Source: Candidatus Fermentibacterota bacterium (GTDB lineage Bacteria > Fermentibacterota > Fermentibacteria > Fermentibacterales > JCC-6). From it: a stretch of 64,000 bases of DNA. Below are positions 28,023 to 42,074 of this stretch, piece after piece. The stretch's first letter is position 1, and each line of letters begins with the position of its first letter. The stretch is taken from assembly GCA_963845085.1 (NCBI GenBank), contig CAWJQI010000004.1:96001-160000 (forward strand). Direction: 5' to 3'. Below the pieces are notes generated by a model, which saw only the letters and a list, made by a program, of their open reading frames with translations, did no database searches and was not told the DNA's origin. Both the position numbers and the translations under genes were made by a program.

Positions 28023-30640
28023 CCCGCAGCGGTGCCGTTCAGCTGTTTACCGTATTCCTTGATGGCTGCGACTGAGGACCTCACGGCTTCCATGAACTCG
28101 TCGGAGATGCTCTGCTTTTTGAGGAGACCGCCGGAAACCTTCCCCATGTAGTCTTTGAGCACCTGGATGTCGTCTGTTTTCCCGTGATGGACGAGAAGGA
28201 CAAGCCCCTCCTCGGCGAGTTCCGCATTGTCGAAGGGATATCCCGAAGCGTTGTTGAAGGCGGACCGGACGTGCCTGATCACCCTGTCGTCGTCGGCGGT
28301 TTTCCTGAAGAAGTTCATTATGACGGGACGAACCGATGAGTGGGTGTGCCAGAGCCTGAGTGCGGTGGGGATCAGATCCCTGTCAGGGTCGTCCATTCCC
28401 GCAATGACTTCCATCGATGCCTTGACCACGTCACGGGAGGGGTCGCCGATCATCTCACGCGCCGCTGTTGCGGCCTTGCCCTTGTCCACCCGGAACAGGG
28501 CATTGATGGCGAGCTTTCTGACCCTGTCGTCGGGATCGTCGCACAGCCGTTCCAGGAGCTCGGCGCTGTCGCGGTGGCTGAGGTCGCCCAGGAGACCGAC
28601 GATGTTCCTCATGATGTAGAAGTCGGGGTTCTGAAGCCTGCCGGTTTCCTGGTCCCTGAAGTTGCCGCTGCCTGTGAGGATTTCCTCGACTCTGGCCTGC
28701 ATCTGAGTCCGGAACCCCATCCCGTAAAGCTTGAGGACCGAATAGGCTCGCGCCCTGTGGTCCCTGTGCCGCTCGAGGAAGGTGTCCATCAGGCGGCCGG
28801 CAAGGTTCCTGAATGAAAACTCTGAAACGATCTTCTCCGCGGCGGCACGGGGAACGCTGTCGCCGCTCATGAGGGAATCGGCGAGAATCTCGGCGGCATC
28901 GGGGGAGTCCATCCTTCTGTGGGCTTCAGCCAGTCCGCGCCGCATGGCGCTTGCAAGCGCCGGTGTGCCGGGCACCATGGTCCTGAGCTTCCTCAGGTTC
29001 TCCACCACACCGGCTGCCGCGGTCAGCTTGTTCATGGCCATCAGACGCTCGCAGATTGACCCGAGGAGCACCGCGGACATGTAGAGGCCGTCGGGGAAGG
29101 TCGTTCTGAGCATCCACTCCGAAACCGTCTCGGACACCTGCAGAACGGTGTTGATCTTGCCCCGTTCGGCGCCGGTTCCAACAAGGTCGGCCAGTTTTTC
29201 GAGGGCGGTGAGCCTCTTCTCCTCGTCCGGGGCCTCAAGGTCCTCGAGGCATCTGTCGATGATCTTCCTCAGTGCGCTCCAGGCGATCGATCTCTGGATC
29301 TCGCGGCTTGTGAGGATGCCGTCCTCGAGAATGGTCGGGTCGAGCGATGCCACGAAATCAGCGAGCATCGAGCGATACTTCCCCGTTCCTCCGGCCGACT
29401 CGTCGAGGATCTTCTGAAAGGCCTGCCCAAGCTTGTCGGCAGGAATGTCACGGATCGTCTCGCCCTTCTGAAGCCTGTCTATGAGCTCGCGGAAAACAAT
29501 GTCCTCCAGGGCGTTGTCTATCGGGCCGGTGACGGTCTCGGCTACCATTTCACCGTCGCGGGAAACCAGGGCGTACCTGAACTCGTCCACACTGACCCGC
29601 GAGAAACCCTTCTTGCGGCAGATCTCGCCAAGCCCTCCGCGTTCCTTCAGGTATCCGGCTTTTCTGTTGAGCATCTCCATGAAGTCGAAAAGCTCGGACT
29701 GGGTAAGCCCGGTGTCGAAGGCGACGCTGTTGACCCGCCTTTCCTCGAAATGGGAGAGAAGGTTCTCGACCGCCCTGACTTTCCTGTTCGCCTTGATGTT
29801 GTTCACCATGAGCCTTCCACCGAGGAGGGTGAAGGCCACCATCCCGCCCTCATTGCCCCGCTGGGCTTCAAGCCTCGCAAGGAAGTCGACGAGGGCAGGT
29901 TCAATGGCGGGATGATCCGGAGGGTACATCCCGATGGTCCGGAGAAGCAGGCTGAACTTTACGGCAAGGTTCTGCGCGGTTCTCGCCATGGCGAGCGGGC
30001 TCTGCCTGACCTCGGAACTCCTGACGTACGCCTTGAGATTGGCACCCGAGTGCAGCCTTTCGACGGTGTCGGGATCGAAGTTGAAGTGCCAGCTGTCCTT
30101 GCCCTGCCTTGAGAAGTCAAGTTCCTCGAGCACCTCCTCGAGTTTCTTCCTGGAAGCGCCGGGCCATGCCGATGCATCGAAAACAAGTTCGGGCTCAGGG
30201 GCCGGACCCGAGGCAAAAACGAGCTCAAGAACGTTCTCGCCCATTGGAAGCCTGTCGGTACGGCCTTCCTCGCGCAGATCGTTCCAGACCAGCGTGGCCG
30301 TTTCAAGCACCAGGGAAACCTTTGCAAGGAAACTGCTTCTTCCCTCGGGGGGCAGACCGTCGAGCTGCGACCATGCCTTGACGAGCTGGGGCAATTCGGA
30401 TCTCAAACCGTTTTCAAGCTGGGCCATGGACAGGTCCTTGAGCCCCTGGCTCCAGGATGGCGAGTTAACAGCGGTGTAGTAGGAAAGTGCCCAGACCGGT
30501 GCTTCGAGTGCTGATTCCGACATGGCCATGAACACCTCGCCCGGGGCGTGGTTCTCAAAGGCCTTCTCGACGAAGAGCGCACCCCTCTCCCTGGCGTCGG
30601 GAAGAGAGGCGAGAGTGGCGCACAGGTCTTTGACTTCCAA
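28016..30640 (-). CDS. HEAT-repeat protein
   Basis: 874 aa; MYPPDHP N-region; C-terminal repeats RNIVGLLG, DPDDRVRKLAINAL, DPSRDVV. Confidence 0.75.
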   Translation of the reverse strand: MEVKDLCATLASLPDARERGALFVEKAFENHAPGEVFMAMSESALEAPVWALSYYTAVNSPSWSQGLKDLSMAQLENGLRSELPQLVKAWSQLDGLPPEGRSSFLAKVSLVLETATLVWNDLREEGRTDRLPMGENVLELVFASGPAPEPELVFDASAWPGASRKKLEEVLEELDFSRQGKDSWHFNFDPDTVERLHSGANLKAYVRSSEVRQSPLAMARTAQNLAVKFSLLLRTIGMYPPDHPAIEPALVDFLARLEAQRGNEGGMVAFTLLGGRLMVNNIKANRKVRAVENLLSHFEERRVNSVAFDTGLTQSELFDFMEMLNRKAGYLKERGGLGEICRKKGFSRVSVDEFRYALVSRDGEMVAETVTGPIDNALEDIVFRELIDRLQKGETIRDIPADKLGQAFQKILDESAGGTGKYRSMLADFVASLDPTILEDGILTSREIQRSIAWSALRKIIDRCLEDLEAPDEEKRLTALEKLADLVGTGAERGKINTVLQVSETVSEWMLRTTFPDGLYMSAVLLGSICERLMAMNKLTAAAGVVENLRKLRTMVPGTPALASAMRRGLAEAHRRMDSPDAAEILADSLMSGDSVPRAAAEKIVSEFSFRNLAGRLMDTFLERHRDHRARAYSVLKLYGMGFRTQMQARVEEILTGSGNFRDQETGRLQNPDFYIMRNIVGLLGDLSHRDSAELLERLCDDPDDRVRKLAINALFRVDKGKAATAAREMIGDPSRDVVKASMEVIAGMDDPDRDLIPTALRLWHTHSSVRPVIMNFFRKTADDDRVIRHVRSAFNNASGYPFDNAELAEEGLVLLVHHGKTDDIQVLKDYMGKVSGGLLKKQSISDEFMEAVRSSVAAIKEYGKQLNGTAAGQ

Positions 30641-30733
30641 AGAACACCCCTCCCTGGTTCACAATAAATGGGACGATAATGCCCAGATCAGGTATTGACA
30701 ATCTCCCGGTTCATGAGGAGTTTACCGTCACGC

Positions 30734-30830
30734 GGGAGCGGAAGGGGACTGGTGTCTCTCCCGGACTTCAAATCCGGCGTCGGGTGCTTAAACCATCCTG
30801 GGTGGGTTCGATTCCCACACGTTCCCGCCA
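30734..30830 (+). tRNA. selC: tRNA-Sec(TCA)
   Basis: 97 nt; CCGGA-CTTCAAA-TCCGG anticodon arm; long variable arm; GGTTCGATTCCC; GCCA end; TTGACA at 30695. Confidence 0.93.
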
Positions 30831-31561
30831 TCCCCCCCGACTATAGAATCAAGAACCATCTGAGCAAGGGCGTACCCGAAAACGCCCGGCATTGTCATCA
30901 GGCTCGGAAGCCTGTTCCTGACCCTCCCCCTTCGGCACGAAACATCCTCCTCGTCCGGTGGAAGGGGTTTCACGGCCGTCTCGACGGAATAGACACAACC
31001 GATACTTCCGCTCACGGACCTTCTGCGGAGGTAGCGTCTGAGCTGCCTTGCCAGCGGGCAGCCACGGGTCTCCCACAGGCTTCCCACCCTCACCATGGAG
31101 GGATCCCTCCTGCCCGAGGCGCCCATGCTGCTGAACACGGGAATGCCGTTGCCAAGGCACCAGGACAGGAGCTCCGCCTTGGGATTCAGGCTGTCGATCG
31201 CGTCGGCAACGATGCAGCCGCAGCTGCGCGGAAGCAGCCCGGGCAGCGAATCCGCATGAATGAAGACGTTTCTGTGAAGAACCCGCGTGTCGGGGCATGC
31301 CGATGACAGGATCTCGGCTGCCGCTTCCGCCTTGTTCCTTCCAACATGCGCGGGGGTGAACAGCGCACTCCGATTCAGCCCCGTCTCGGTCACGGGGTCG
31401 AAATCACACAGAGTCACCTCGCCCGCACCGGTGCGACAAAGGGCTGCAGCGCAGTGGCTTCCAACGCCACCCACCCCGGCGATCATGATCCGGGCCGACC
31501 TGATGCGCGCAAATCCCTCTTCGCCGAAGAAGTCCAGAACGCGTTCGAAGCGCCTGCTCAT
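30788..31561 (-). CDS. tcdA: tRNA threonylcarbamoyladenosine dehydratase (ThiF/E1 family)
   Basis: GVGGVGS, DFD..LNR, DAIDS, SSMGA, CPLARQLR, CVYSVE. Confidence 0.85.
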   Translation of the reverse strand: MSRRFERVLDFFGEEGFARIRSARIMIAGVGGVGSHCAAALCRTGAGEVTLCDFDPVTETGLNRSALFTPAHVGRNKAEAAAEILSSACPDTRVLHRNVFIHADSLPGLLPRSCGCIVADAIDSLNPKAELLSWCLGNGIPVFSSMGASGRRDPSMVRVGSLWETRGCPLARQLRRYLRRRSVSGSIGCVYSVETAVKPLPPDEEDVSCRRGRVRNRLPSLMTMPGVFGYALAQMVLDSIVGGDGGNVWESNPPRMV

Positions 31562-32294
31562 AGTCCGGGCAGAAGGATGCGCCCGGCGTTCTTCGAAGAC
31601 GCCAGTGCGACAGTTTCAAAGGGAACTCCACGGATTGCGGCCATGGCCGACGCTACAAGGCGCAGGGAAGATGGTTCGGAAGGACCGCCCTCGATCCCGA
31701 GCCACGGGGAATCGGTCTCGAGAACGAAGCGGTCTTCGGGGACAGCTGCAGCGCTCGCCCTGGCGTTGCGTGCCCCTCCCCTGGTCACGGCCCCGCCGAA
31801 GCCGATGCAGCAGCCAAGCTCCAGAAGCAAAAACATCTGCTCAGGGCTTCTGCTGAAACCGTGGATGATCGCCCCCGGGGGCGGTGAAGCCTGCAGCAGC
31901 TCCCTCAGCTCGTCAAAGGCACCCCGGCAGTGCAGAAGCACCGGAAGGGAGAGCTTTCGTGCGATCCTCAACTGCTTTTCAAGGCAGTCGAGCTGAACAC
32001 TCCGTGGAACGGGCACCTTCCAGTCCAGCCCGACCTCCCCGACAGCGACGGCGTGTCCCAGGGCTTCTTCGAGAAGGGACTCGACCACGCCCTCCTAGCC
32101 TTCCACGGGTGGATGCCGAAGGAGGTGAACACGCCGGGAAGACCGTCAAGCGTTTTCATGGCAGTCCAGTCGGCCATGGTGACCGATGGAACGATCAGGG
32201 CCGTCACACCGGACAGAAGCGCCCTGCTTCGGACCCCGTCGAGGTCTGCGAAGAGGGGCTCGTCGCAAAGGTGGCAGTGGGTGTCAATCAGCAT
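31558..32294 (-). CDS. TatD-family hydrolase, one-base frameshift near 32097
   Basis: LIDTHCHL..GIHPW in ORF 31968-32294; VGEVGLD, LLHCR, IHGFS, LETDSP in ORF 31558-32088. Confidence 0.88.
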
Positions 32295-33246
32295 CGGAGT
32301 AGTCTATGGTTCTCTTCCTGAACCCGTAACCCATGACGTCATAGGCATCGTGCAGGACCATGAATGCCTCGGGGTCGATGTCTTTGACCAGTTTCTGCAG
32401 GACCATGACCTGCCTTCGATGCACGCAGACGTAGATCACGTCCCTGTCGCGCCGCTCGTATCCGCCCTGTCCCTTCAGAAATGTGACCCCTCGGTCGAGG
32501 TGTTCGAAGATGGCGTCACGGATCGCCTCGGACTGGTCGCTGATGATGAAGACCGCCTTGACGAAGGGCATTCCCTCGGCGGCGAGGTCGGTCATCCTTG
32601 TGGTCAGGAAGAGGTTGAGGTATGCCCAGATAACGAGCCGGGCATCGCCGAAGACCATGCCCACGATAAGGATGATGATGCTCTCAACCATCCAGTAGCC
32701 GGTCGATATGGTCACCCCGGCGTACTTCTTCAGCATTGCAACCGGAATGTCGGTGCCCCCTGTAGACCCCCTGAACCGGAAGATGAGGCCCAGTGCGATC
32801 CCGAGAAGGGAGGAACCGGCCACCGACGCAAGCAGGATGTCCATCTCGCTGCCGCCGGTGAGAAGCACTGCAAGCCTCGGAAGCTCCCCTGCCGGGGCTA
32901 TGTCGTGAACGAACCGGTCGAAACCCGGTATGAACGAGAGCCTCGCGGGGGCCAGGAGCCAGCACATCCCGTTCGAGATCATCATCCCGACAAAGCTCCG
33001 TACGCCGAACTGCTTTCCCACCATGTAATAGCCCAGAAAGAACAGCGGGATGTTGAAGCCGAACATCCACAGGCTTTCCTGTATGCCGGTGAAGTGGTAA
33101 AGGATCTGGGCGAGCCCCGCCACTCCTCCCGGCGAGATGCGGAAAGGCATGAGAAACCAGGAATAGGCTATCCCGAAAAGTATCGCTCCAAAAAGGATGC
33201 CGATGTAGTCACGATCCGGGAGAAACCGTTTCGCCCCTCGCATCAT
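32284..33246 (-). CDS. YitT-family membrane protein
   Basis: PGGVAG, FNIPLF, GSTGGTDI, RGVT..G.GGY, IDPEAF, GYGF. Confidence 0.9.
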   Translation of the reverse strand: MMRGAKRFLPDRDYIGILFGAILFGIAYSWFLMPFRISPGGVAGLAQILYHFTGIQESLWMFGFNIPLFFLGYYMVGKQFGVRSFVGMMISNGMCWLLAPARLSFIPGFDRFVHDIAPAGELPRLAVLLTGGSEMDILLASVAGSSLLGIALGLIFRFRGSTGGTDIPVAMLKKYAGVTISTGYWMVESIIILIVGMVFGDARLVIWAYLNLFLTTRMTDLAAEGMPFVKAVFIISDQSEAIRDAIFEHLDRGVTFLKGQGGYERRDRDVIYVCVHRRQVMVLQKLVKDIDPEAFMVLHDAYDVMGYGFRKRTIDYSDAD

Positions 33247-33265
33247 GAGTCCGGATCGAACGATG

Positions 33266-33922
33266 TCACTCGGGCAGCTCGAAGGAGGTGAGTCTGGAGG
33301 TGACGCTGGTGTTGTACTGCCCCGCGCCCTGCGTGTAGATGTTCCTCACCATTCCGACGTTGGGCGCGTAGTCCGTGGTGTTCACCACATTGCCGCCCTC
33401 GATCCAGGTGGTGCGCATTTCCGCACAGTCCTCGTAGCTTCCGGCGGGAACGGTCACGTCCTCGGTCATTGAAAGAATCTCCCCCGTCATGCTCGGCTCG
33501 GTGCTGAACGGCCAGATCATCCCCGCGACAAGCGGGAAGGGGACGGTCCAGCTGGAGTCGGTCGAATCGAGCTCGGGATAGCCGAAAAAGCCGTCGTCCG
33601 TGACCCTGATGTAGCTGGTGTCTGTGTTCGTGATCACCATGAGGCCCTGGATCGTATCGGCGACCATGGTTTCCTCGACGAATACCTGAAATCCGCCGCT
33701 GTGCTCTGCCGTTCCGGTGATCCTTACCGTGGAGGCGCCGGTGACGGTATAGCTCAGGGAATCAACGTTGTACGTTCCGATGCGGGAGTAGTTCCAGATG
33801 TTTCCCACTGCGAGCGGGTAGAAACGGGAATCATCACCCTGGGCGGGATCGAAGGGGTCATCGCCGCATGCAGCAACGAGAATGAGAAGTAATGCAACAA
33901 AAACACTTACAGCTACCTTCAT
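33266..33922 (-). CDS. Hypothetical lipoprotein
   Basis: Lipobox VAAC; FYPLAVGNIWNY, VTVPAGSY, YAPNVGMV. Confidence 0.75.
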   Translation of the reverse strand: MKVAVSVFVALLLILVAACGDDPFDPAQGDDSRFYPLAVGNIWNYSRIGTYNVDSLSYTVTGASTVRITGTAEHSGGFQVFVEETMVADTIQGLMVITNTDTSYIRVTDDGFFGYPELDSTDSSWTVPFPLVAGMIWPFSTEPSMTGEILSMTEDVTVPAGSYEDCAEMRTTWIEGGNVVNTTDYAPNVGMVRNIYTQGAGQYNTSVTSRLTSFELPE

Positions 33923-33976
33923 GGAAAACCTCCGGGATGGATGAGATCCAAAATGCCGAAGACAAGTATTCAGGGT

Positions 33977-34678
33977 TCAGAGAGCGGCGGCAAGTGCGGA
34001 CAGTGCTGGAGCGAACAGTAGCCCGGGAAGGAGGTTCGCCGCCCTCACATGCTTAAGGTCGAGGAGAAGCAGGCCCAGTCCGAGAAGAATGACCCCTCCC
34101 GTGGCAGTCATGTCCGCAGTCATCGATTCGTTCAGAAAGCCCGAGAGTGCCGAGGCGCCGAGGGTAAGCCCCCCCTGTACAACAAGCACGATGAGGGCGG
34201 CGAAAGTCACCCCCATGCCCATCCCGGCGGCGAACGCCATGCCCGCGAAGAAATCGAGAACGCTCTTGATGACAAGGAGAGAGGGGTCACCCCGAAGGCC
34301 GTCCTGCATCGAGCCCACCACCGTCATCGGTCCAACGCAGAAAACAAGCCCGGCAGTGACGAAACCCCTCGTGAACTCACCCCTGGCGAGGAACGGAATT
34401 CGGCCGCAACAGGCCTTGAGCCTCTCGCCGATGCTTTCGAGGCGGTCCTCGAGGCGCATGAGCTCACCGGTTATCCCGCCGATGATGAGGGCGCCCAGAA
34501 CGACAAGAACGTTGCCCGCCCCGAGGAACATCTTCACCCCCATGGCCAGGGTGAAGACCCCGATAACCTGCATCACCGTTTTCTGGATTCCCGCGGGAAA
34601 CCTGGCGCCCATGAGGCTGCCCAGAGTGCCGCCGAGAAGCACTGCGCCAGTGTTTACGAGGGTTCCTGTCATTCCCAC
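33977..34678 (-). CDS. DUF554 (YdfK-like) membrane protein
   Basis: GTLVN, GFVTA.LVFCVGPM..GS..DGL.GD, KS.LD, ANLLP. Confidence 0.88.
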   Translation of the reverse strand: MGMTGTLVNTGAVLLGGTLGSLMGARFPAGIQKTVMQVIGVFTLAMGVKMFLGAGNVLVVLGALIIGGITGELMRLEDRLESIGERLKACCGRIPFLARGEFTRGFVTAGLVFCVGPMTVVGSMQDGLRGDPSLLVIKSVLDFFAGMAFAAGMGMGVTFAALIVLVVQGGLTLGASALSGFLNESMTADMTATGGVILLGLGLLLLDLKHVRAANLLPGLLFAPALSALAAAL

Positions 34679-36206
34679 TCTATGGTGGCAGGCGGCTTCG
34701 AAGAAATGTCGTACACCACTCTGCTGACGCCGGGAACACGGTTTACGATCTCGCTCGCAAGCCTGGCCATGTGTTCGGGATCCATCCTGTACCAGTCCGC
34801 CGTCATGCCGTCGGTGCTTGTTACGGCGCGGAGGGCAGCCACCCTGTGGTAGGTGCGCTCGTCACCCATCACCCCAACCGTCCGTATCGGAAGCAGGACA
34901 GAAAACGCCTGCCAGATCTCGTGATAGAGGTTGTTGGCCCTCAGATACCCTATGAAGACCGAGTCGACCCTGCGAAGCAGGTCAAGGTCTTCCCTGTCAA
35001 CCGGTCCGAGGATCCGGACCGCAAGCCCCGGGCCGGGAAAGGGGTGGCGGTCGACCATCTCGTCGGGCAGCCCCAGCTCCCTTCCGAGTTCCCTCACTTC
35101 GTCCTTGAAGAGCTCGCGGAGCGGTTCCAGAAGGGAGAGGTGCATCCTTTCAGGAAGCCCCCCGACATTATGATGGCTTTTGATCGTTGCGGAAGGGCCC
35201 CTGAAGCTTACGCTCTCGATTACATCGGGGTAGAGTGTGCCCTGTGCAAGATGTGTTGCGCCGGGGATGCCCGCAGCGGCCTTCTCGAACAGCTCGATGA
35301 ACACCCTGCCGATGATCTTCCTTTTGCGCTCCGGGTCGAACACCCCGGCGAGTTCGTCGAGGAATGCGTCGGCACCGTCTATTACGACAAGAGGCATTTT
35401 GAAATGATCACGGAAGGTGGCTTCGACCTGTTCCCTCTCGCCGGCCCTGAGCAGCCCGTTGTCAATGAAAATGGGCGTGAACCTTCCCGGCACCGCGCGG
35501 TGGAGAAGGGCTGCAACTACAGAGCTGTCCACTCCCCCGGAAAGACCGAGGATCACCCTGCCCTCCGCGCCAAGCTCCCTGCGGATGGCCTCGGAGGCTT
35601 CAACGGCGTAGGCCTTCATGTTCCATTTCGGCTCGAGCCGAGCTATCCCGAAAAGAAACCTTCGCAGAAAGTCCGTTCCGAAGACGGTGTGGTTCACCTC
35701 GGGGTGGAACTGCACACCGAACCTCTTCGCTCCGGGATTCTCCATGGCGGCTATCGGAAGGAGCGAAGTTGAAGCGGCAACCGTATAGCCCGGCGGAAGG
35801 CCTGTCACCCTGTCGCCGTGGCTCATCCATGCCTGAAGGCCAGGCTCCTGCCCCTTCAGCAGAACGCTGCCCTCACTCGGGTACAAAGCAGCCGGACCAA
35901 ACTCGCGGTGATGCCCTCCCTCAACCTTTCCACCGGTATGATGGGCGAGGAGCTGCATCCCGTAGCAGATCCCGAGAACCGGAAGGTCGGAAGTGAAAAC
36001 TTCAGGGGCCGGGTGCGGCGAGCCTTCCCTGTAGACGCTGAACGGGCTTCCGGAGAGGATCACAGCCCCGGGTTCCATGCGAAGCACACGGCTCCATGGG
36101 GCATCGCCGGGGAGAAGCTCGCAGTATACGCCTGCTTCCCTCACTCTCCTGGCTATCAGCTGGGAGTACTGGCTGCCAAAATCAAGGATGGCCACGCCCC
36201 CGGGAA

Positions 36207-36210
<4 letters not shown>
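34669..36210 (-). CDS. guaA: GMP synthase (glutamine-hydrolysing)
   Basis: LDFGSQY, GICYGMQ, QFHPEV, SGGVDS, IKSHHNVGGLP, KPPATIEWE. Confidence 0.98.
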
Positions 36211-39328
<3,118 letters not shown>

Positions 39329-39397
39329 TCACCCGAGGGCACACTATATTACGATGTCAATTTACATGTTCCGTCAACCCTGAAGGGGAACAAAAAC

Positions 39398-42064
39398 ATG
39401 AAACAAGCGTTTACCGCAGTGTTGCTCATTTCAGCCTCGGCCCTCGCGGTCCCCGAGGTGAGTGTTCTGGATAACGGGCTTACCGTGATCACAGAAGATA
39501 TGGATTATACCAGGTCGGTCGCGGTGGTGATCCAGTACAATGTCGGAAGCAGGAACGAGACCGATGACATCGCCGGCATAAGCCACTTCACTGAACACAT
39601 GCTGTTCAACGGCACACCCGGCATGCCCGACACCCGCCTGTGGCAAATCGTAGAGAAGAACGGTGGTTATGCCAACGGCGGCACGAATGAGGATTGCACG
39701 ACCTATTTTCTGCAGTTCCCGGCAGCGCGGCTTTCAGAGGCTCTTGCCATCGAGAGCGACAGGATGAGGAACTGCGGGATGGATTCGGCTGCAGTTGCGG
39801 AGGAGATCGGCGTCGTCCTCGACGAGTGGCGCCTTGGTGAGGACAACCCGGAGTGGGCGCTTTGGCGCAGGGTTGGCGAACTGATGCACCCGGTTCACCC
39901 CTACCGAAGGTCTGTTCTCGGCAGTGGGGAAACCATCACGGCATTCACCCGCGAATCCGTCAGGGACTACTACGACACATGGTATCAGCCCTCAAACGCT
40001 GTTCTGGTGATAGCGGGCGACATCGATACCGGCGAGACGCTCGCGCTTGTCGAGGAATACTTCGGAGCGATACCCGGGGCTTTCGTACCCGGACTCGAGT
40101 TGCCGGCGGACCCTCCCCTGAACGGACCGATCCTTGATTCCTTCCTCTTTCCCGTGGAGGGCGAGAGGCTCATGATTGCCTTTCAGGGTTGCGACCAGCT
40201 GCACCCCGATGCAGTGGCGCTATCGTTTCTTTCCACATACCTCTCCTCAGGGCGCACATCCTGGTTCGAGAACAACCTTGTCCTGCCCGGGCTGGCTTCC
40301 GAAGCCTACGCCTATTCCCCCGGCAGCATTGATCCCGAGGCATTCACGGTCTACGCAGCCCTCCAGGACGGGGCAGACCCCGACTCGGTTTCGCAGCTCA
40401 TCCTCGGGGAGATGCACCGTCTCGCAACGGACCTTCTCGATCAGGACACTCTTGACCGCATCAAGCAGAGGTATGCCGCGAGGGATGTATTTTCATCCGA
40501 CAGCCCCCTCGACATTGCCATGCGCAGGGCCTACAGCTGGGGCGCTTCAGGTGATCCCCTCCACAGGGAGAAGCTCCTCGAGGCGATCAGCGCCCTGACT
40601 GCCGAGGAGATCAGGGATGCCGCCCAGCGTTACTTCACCCCGGAACGCATGGTCCTTGTGGTCATGAGCCCTGGCGGCGAGGCACCCGCTTCGTCGGCGG
40701 ACAGTGACCCTCACAGGGAGCTCGTCCCGCCGGATGACATGAACTGGGACGGGCTTGTGATAACCGAGGCCGACCTTTCCGTTCCCGATAGGTCAGTATC
40801 CTTCGGCGTAACGCGTTTCACTCTCGAAAACGGTCTCACGCTGCTCGTGAAGGATGACCATTCATTCCCCATAGTTGAGATCATGTTCAGCTTCCCCATG
40901 GGCGACGGAAGAACAACGCCGGACATGGCGGGGCTCTCCGCCCTTGCCGCCGAGACCATGCTCGGGGGCACTGAAACGCTGGACAGGCTCGCCTTTCACA
41001 GCAGGCTCGAGGAACTCGGCGCAGGAACATGGCTGAACCCAAACCCTTCGTACACACTGGGAAACACATACGGACTGAGCGGTGATGCCGGGGTGCTCTT
41101 CGCGTCGACGGCCGATCTGCTCCGAAGGCCTGCAATGCGTGAGGAAGACTTCCTGTCCGCACGGGACAGGATGGTCGGCATGCTGCGCGCGTCTCTTGAA
41201 CAGCCCATGGGCCGCCTGTTCTGCGAGTCCGACCTGGTCATCGCGTCAGAGGGAACGGCATCGATCGTCACCGAGACTACCCTCGCATCGATATCCATCG
41301 ACGACGTTAAAAACTTCCACGCCCTTTGCGCCAGACCTTCTGAAACGGTCATTGCGGTCGTGGGTGACATCACCCCCGAACAGGCCCTTTTCGAGGTTGA
41401 AAGGCACTTCGCGGACTGGACAGAACCCGATGGGCAGCTGCCCGCCCTCTCCGAGTACCAGTTCAGACCGGTTCCGGGGGATACAATGGTCGCATCGATA
41501 CCGGGACGGATCCAGGCGGCCACAACCGTGATGTGCCCCGCACCGGGGCTCGATTCCCCGGACGAACCGGCTTTCAACATGGCTGTGCGCATCCTGGGTG
41601 CCGGAATTTCCAGCCGTCTCGGTCGTTACATCCGGGAGCAGCAGGGGCTTGCCTATTCAGTATGGGCCTACTCCGACGCAGGTTCAACCGGTTTCAGGAA
41701 TACGGCCATGTTCAGAGCCGTGTATTCGACAGGCGCATCGATGAACACAAGAGCTCTGCGGTCAACGGTCAACGAGTGTGAGCGCATCGCCTCGGAAGGC
41801 GTCGAACCGATGGAGCTTCTCATCGAGCAGTCAAGGGCGGTGGGCTCCCAGGCGCTCGGCTTCGACACTTACGGCGACCTTGCGCAATACCTTGTCGAGA
41901 TGGAGGCTTCGGGGCTTCCTCTGGACAGGGACATACGGCGGCTTGAACAGATAACCGCCCTGACGGCCGATCAGGTAAGGGATGCGGCGGCGAGGTACTT
42001 CACCGGCGACTGGTTCGTCTATTCGGCGGGGGGAGTGGGAGAGGAACTGGAACCGCTCGAGTAG
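39398..42064 (+). CDS. M16 (pitrilysin-family) zinc peptidase, two-module, secreted
   Basis: Signal peptide; LDNGL, HFTEH (HxxEH); second LENGL module; REQQGLAYS. Confidence 0.92.
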   Translation: MKQAFTAVLLISASALAVPEVSVLDNGLTVITEDMDYTRSVAVVIQYNVGSRNETDDIAGISHFTEHMLFNGTPGMPDTRLWQIVEKNGGYANGGTNEDCTTYFLQFPAARLSEALAIESDRMRNCGMDSAAVAEEIGVVLDEWRLGEDNPEWALWRRVGELMHPVHPYRRSVLGSGETITAFTRESVRDYYDTWYQPSNAVLVIAGDIDTGETLALVEEYFGAIPGAFVPGLELPADPPLNGPILDSFLFPVEGERLMIAFQGCDQLHPDAVALSFLSTYLSSGRTSWFENNLVLPGLASEAYAYSPGSIDPEAFTVYAALQDGADPDSVSQLILGEMHRLATDLLDQDTLDRIKQRYAARDVFSSDSPLDIAMRRAYSWGASGDPLHREKLLEAISALTAEEIRDAAQRYFTPERMVLVVMSPGGEAPASSADSDPHRELVPPDDMNWDGLVITEADLSVPDRSVSFGVTRFTLENGLTLLVKDDHSFPIVEIMFSFPMGDGRTTPDMAGLSALAAETMLGGTETLDRLAFHSRLEELGAGTWLNPNPSYTLGNTYGLSGDAGVLFASTADLLRRPAMREEDFLSARDRMVGMLRASLEQPMGRLFCESDLVIASEGTASIVTETTLASISIDDVKNFHALCARPSETVIAVVGDITPEQALFEVERHFADWTEPDGQLPALSEYQFRPVPGDTMVASIPGRIQAATTVMCPAPGLDSPDEPAFNMAVRILGAGISSRLGRYIREQQGLAYSVWAYSDAGSTGFRNTAMFRAVYSTGASMNTRALRSTVNECERIASEGVEPMELLIEQSRAVGSQALGFDTYGDLAQYLVEMEASGLPLDRDIRRLEQITALTADQVRDAAARYFTGDWFVYSAGGVGEELEPLE

Positions 42065-42074
42065 GCAGAGCGGA

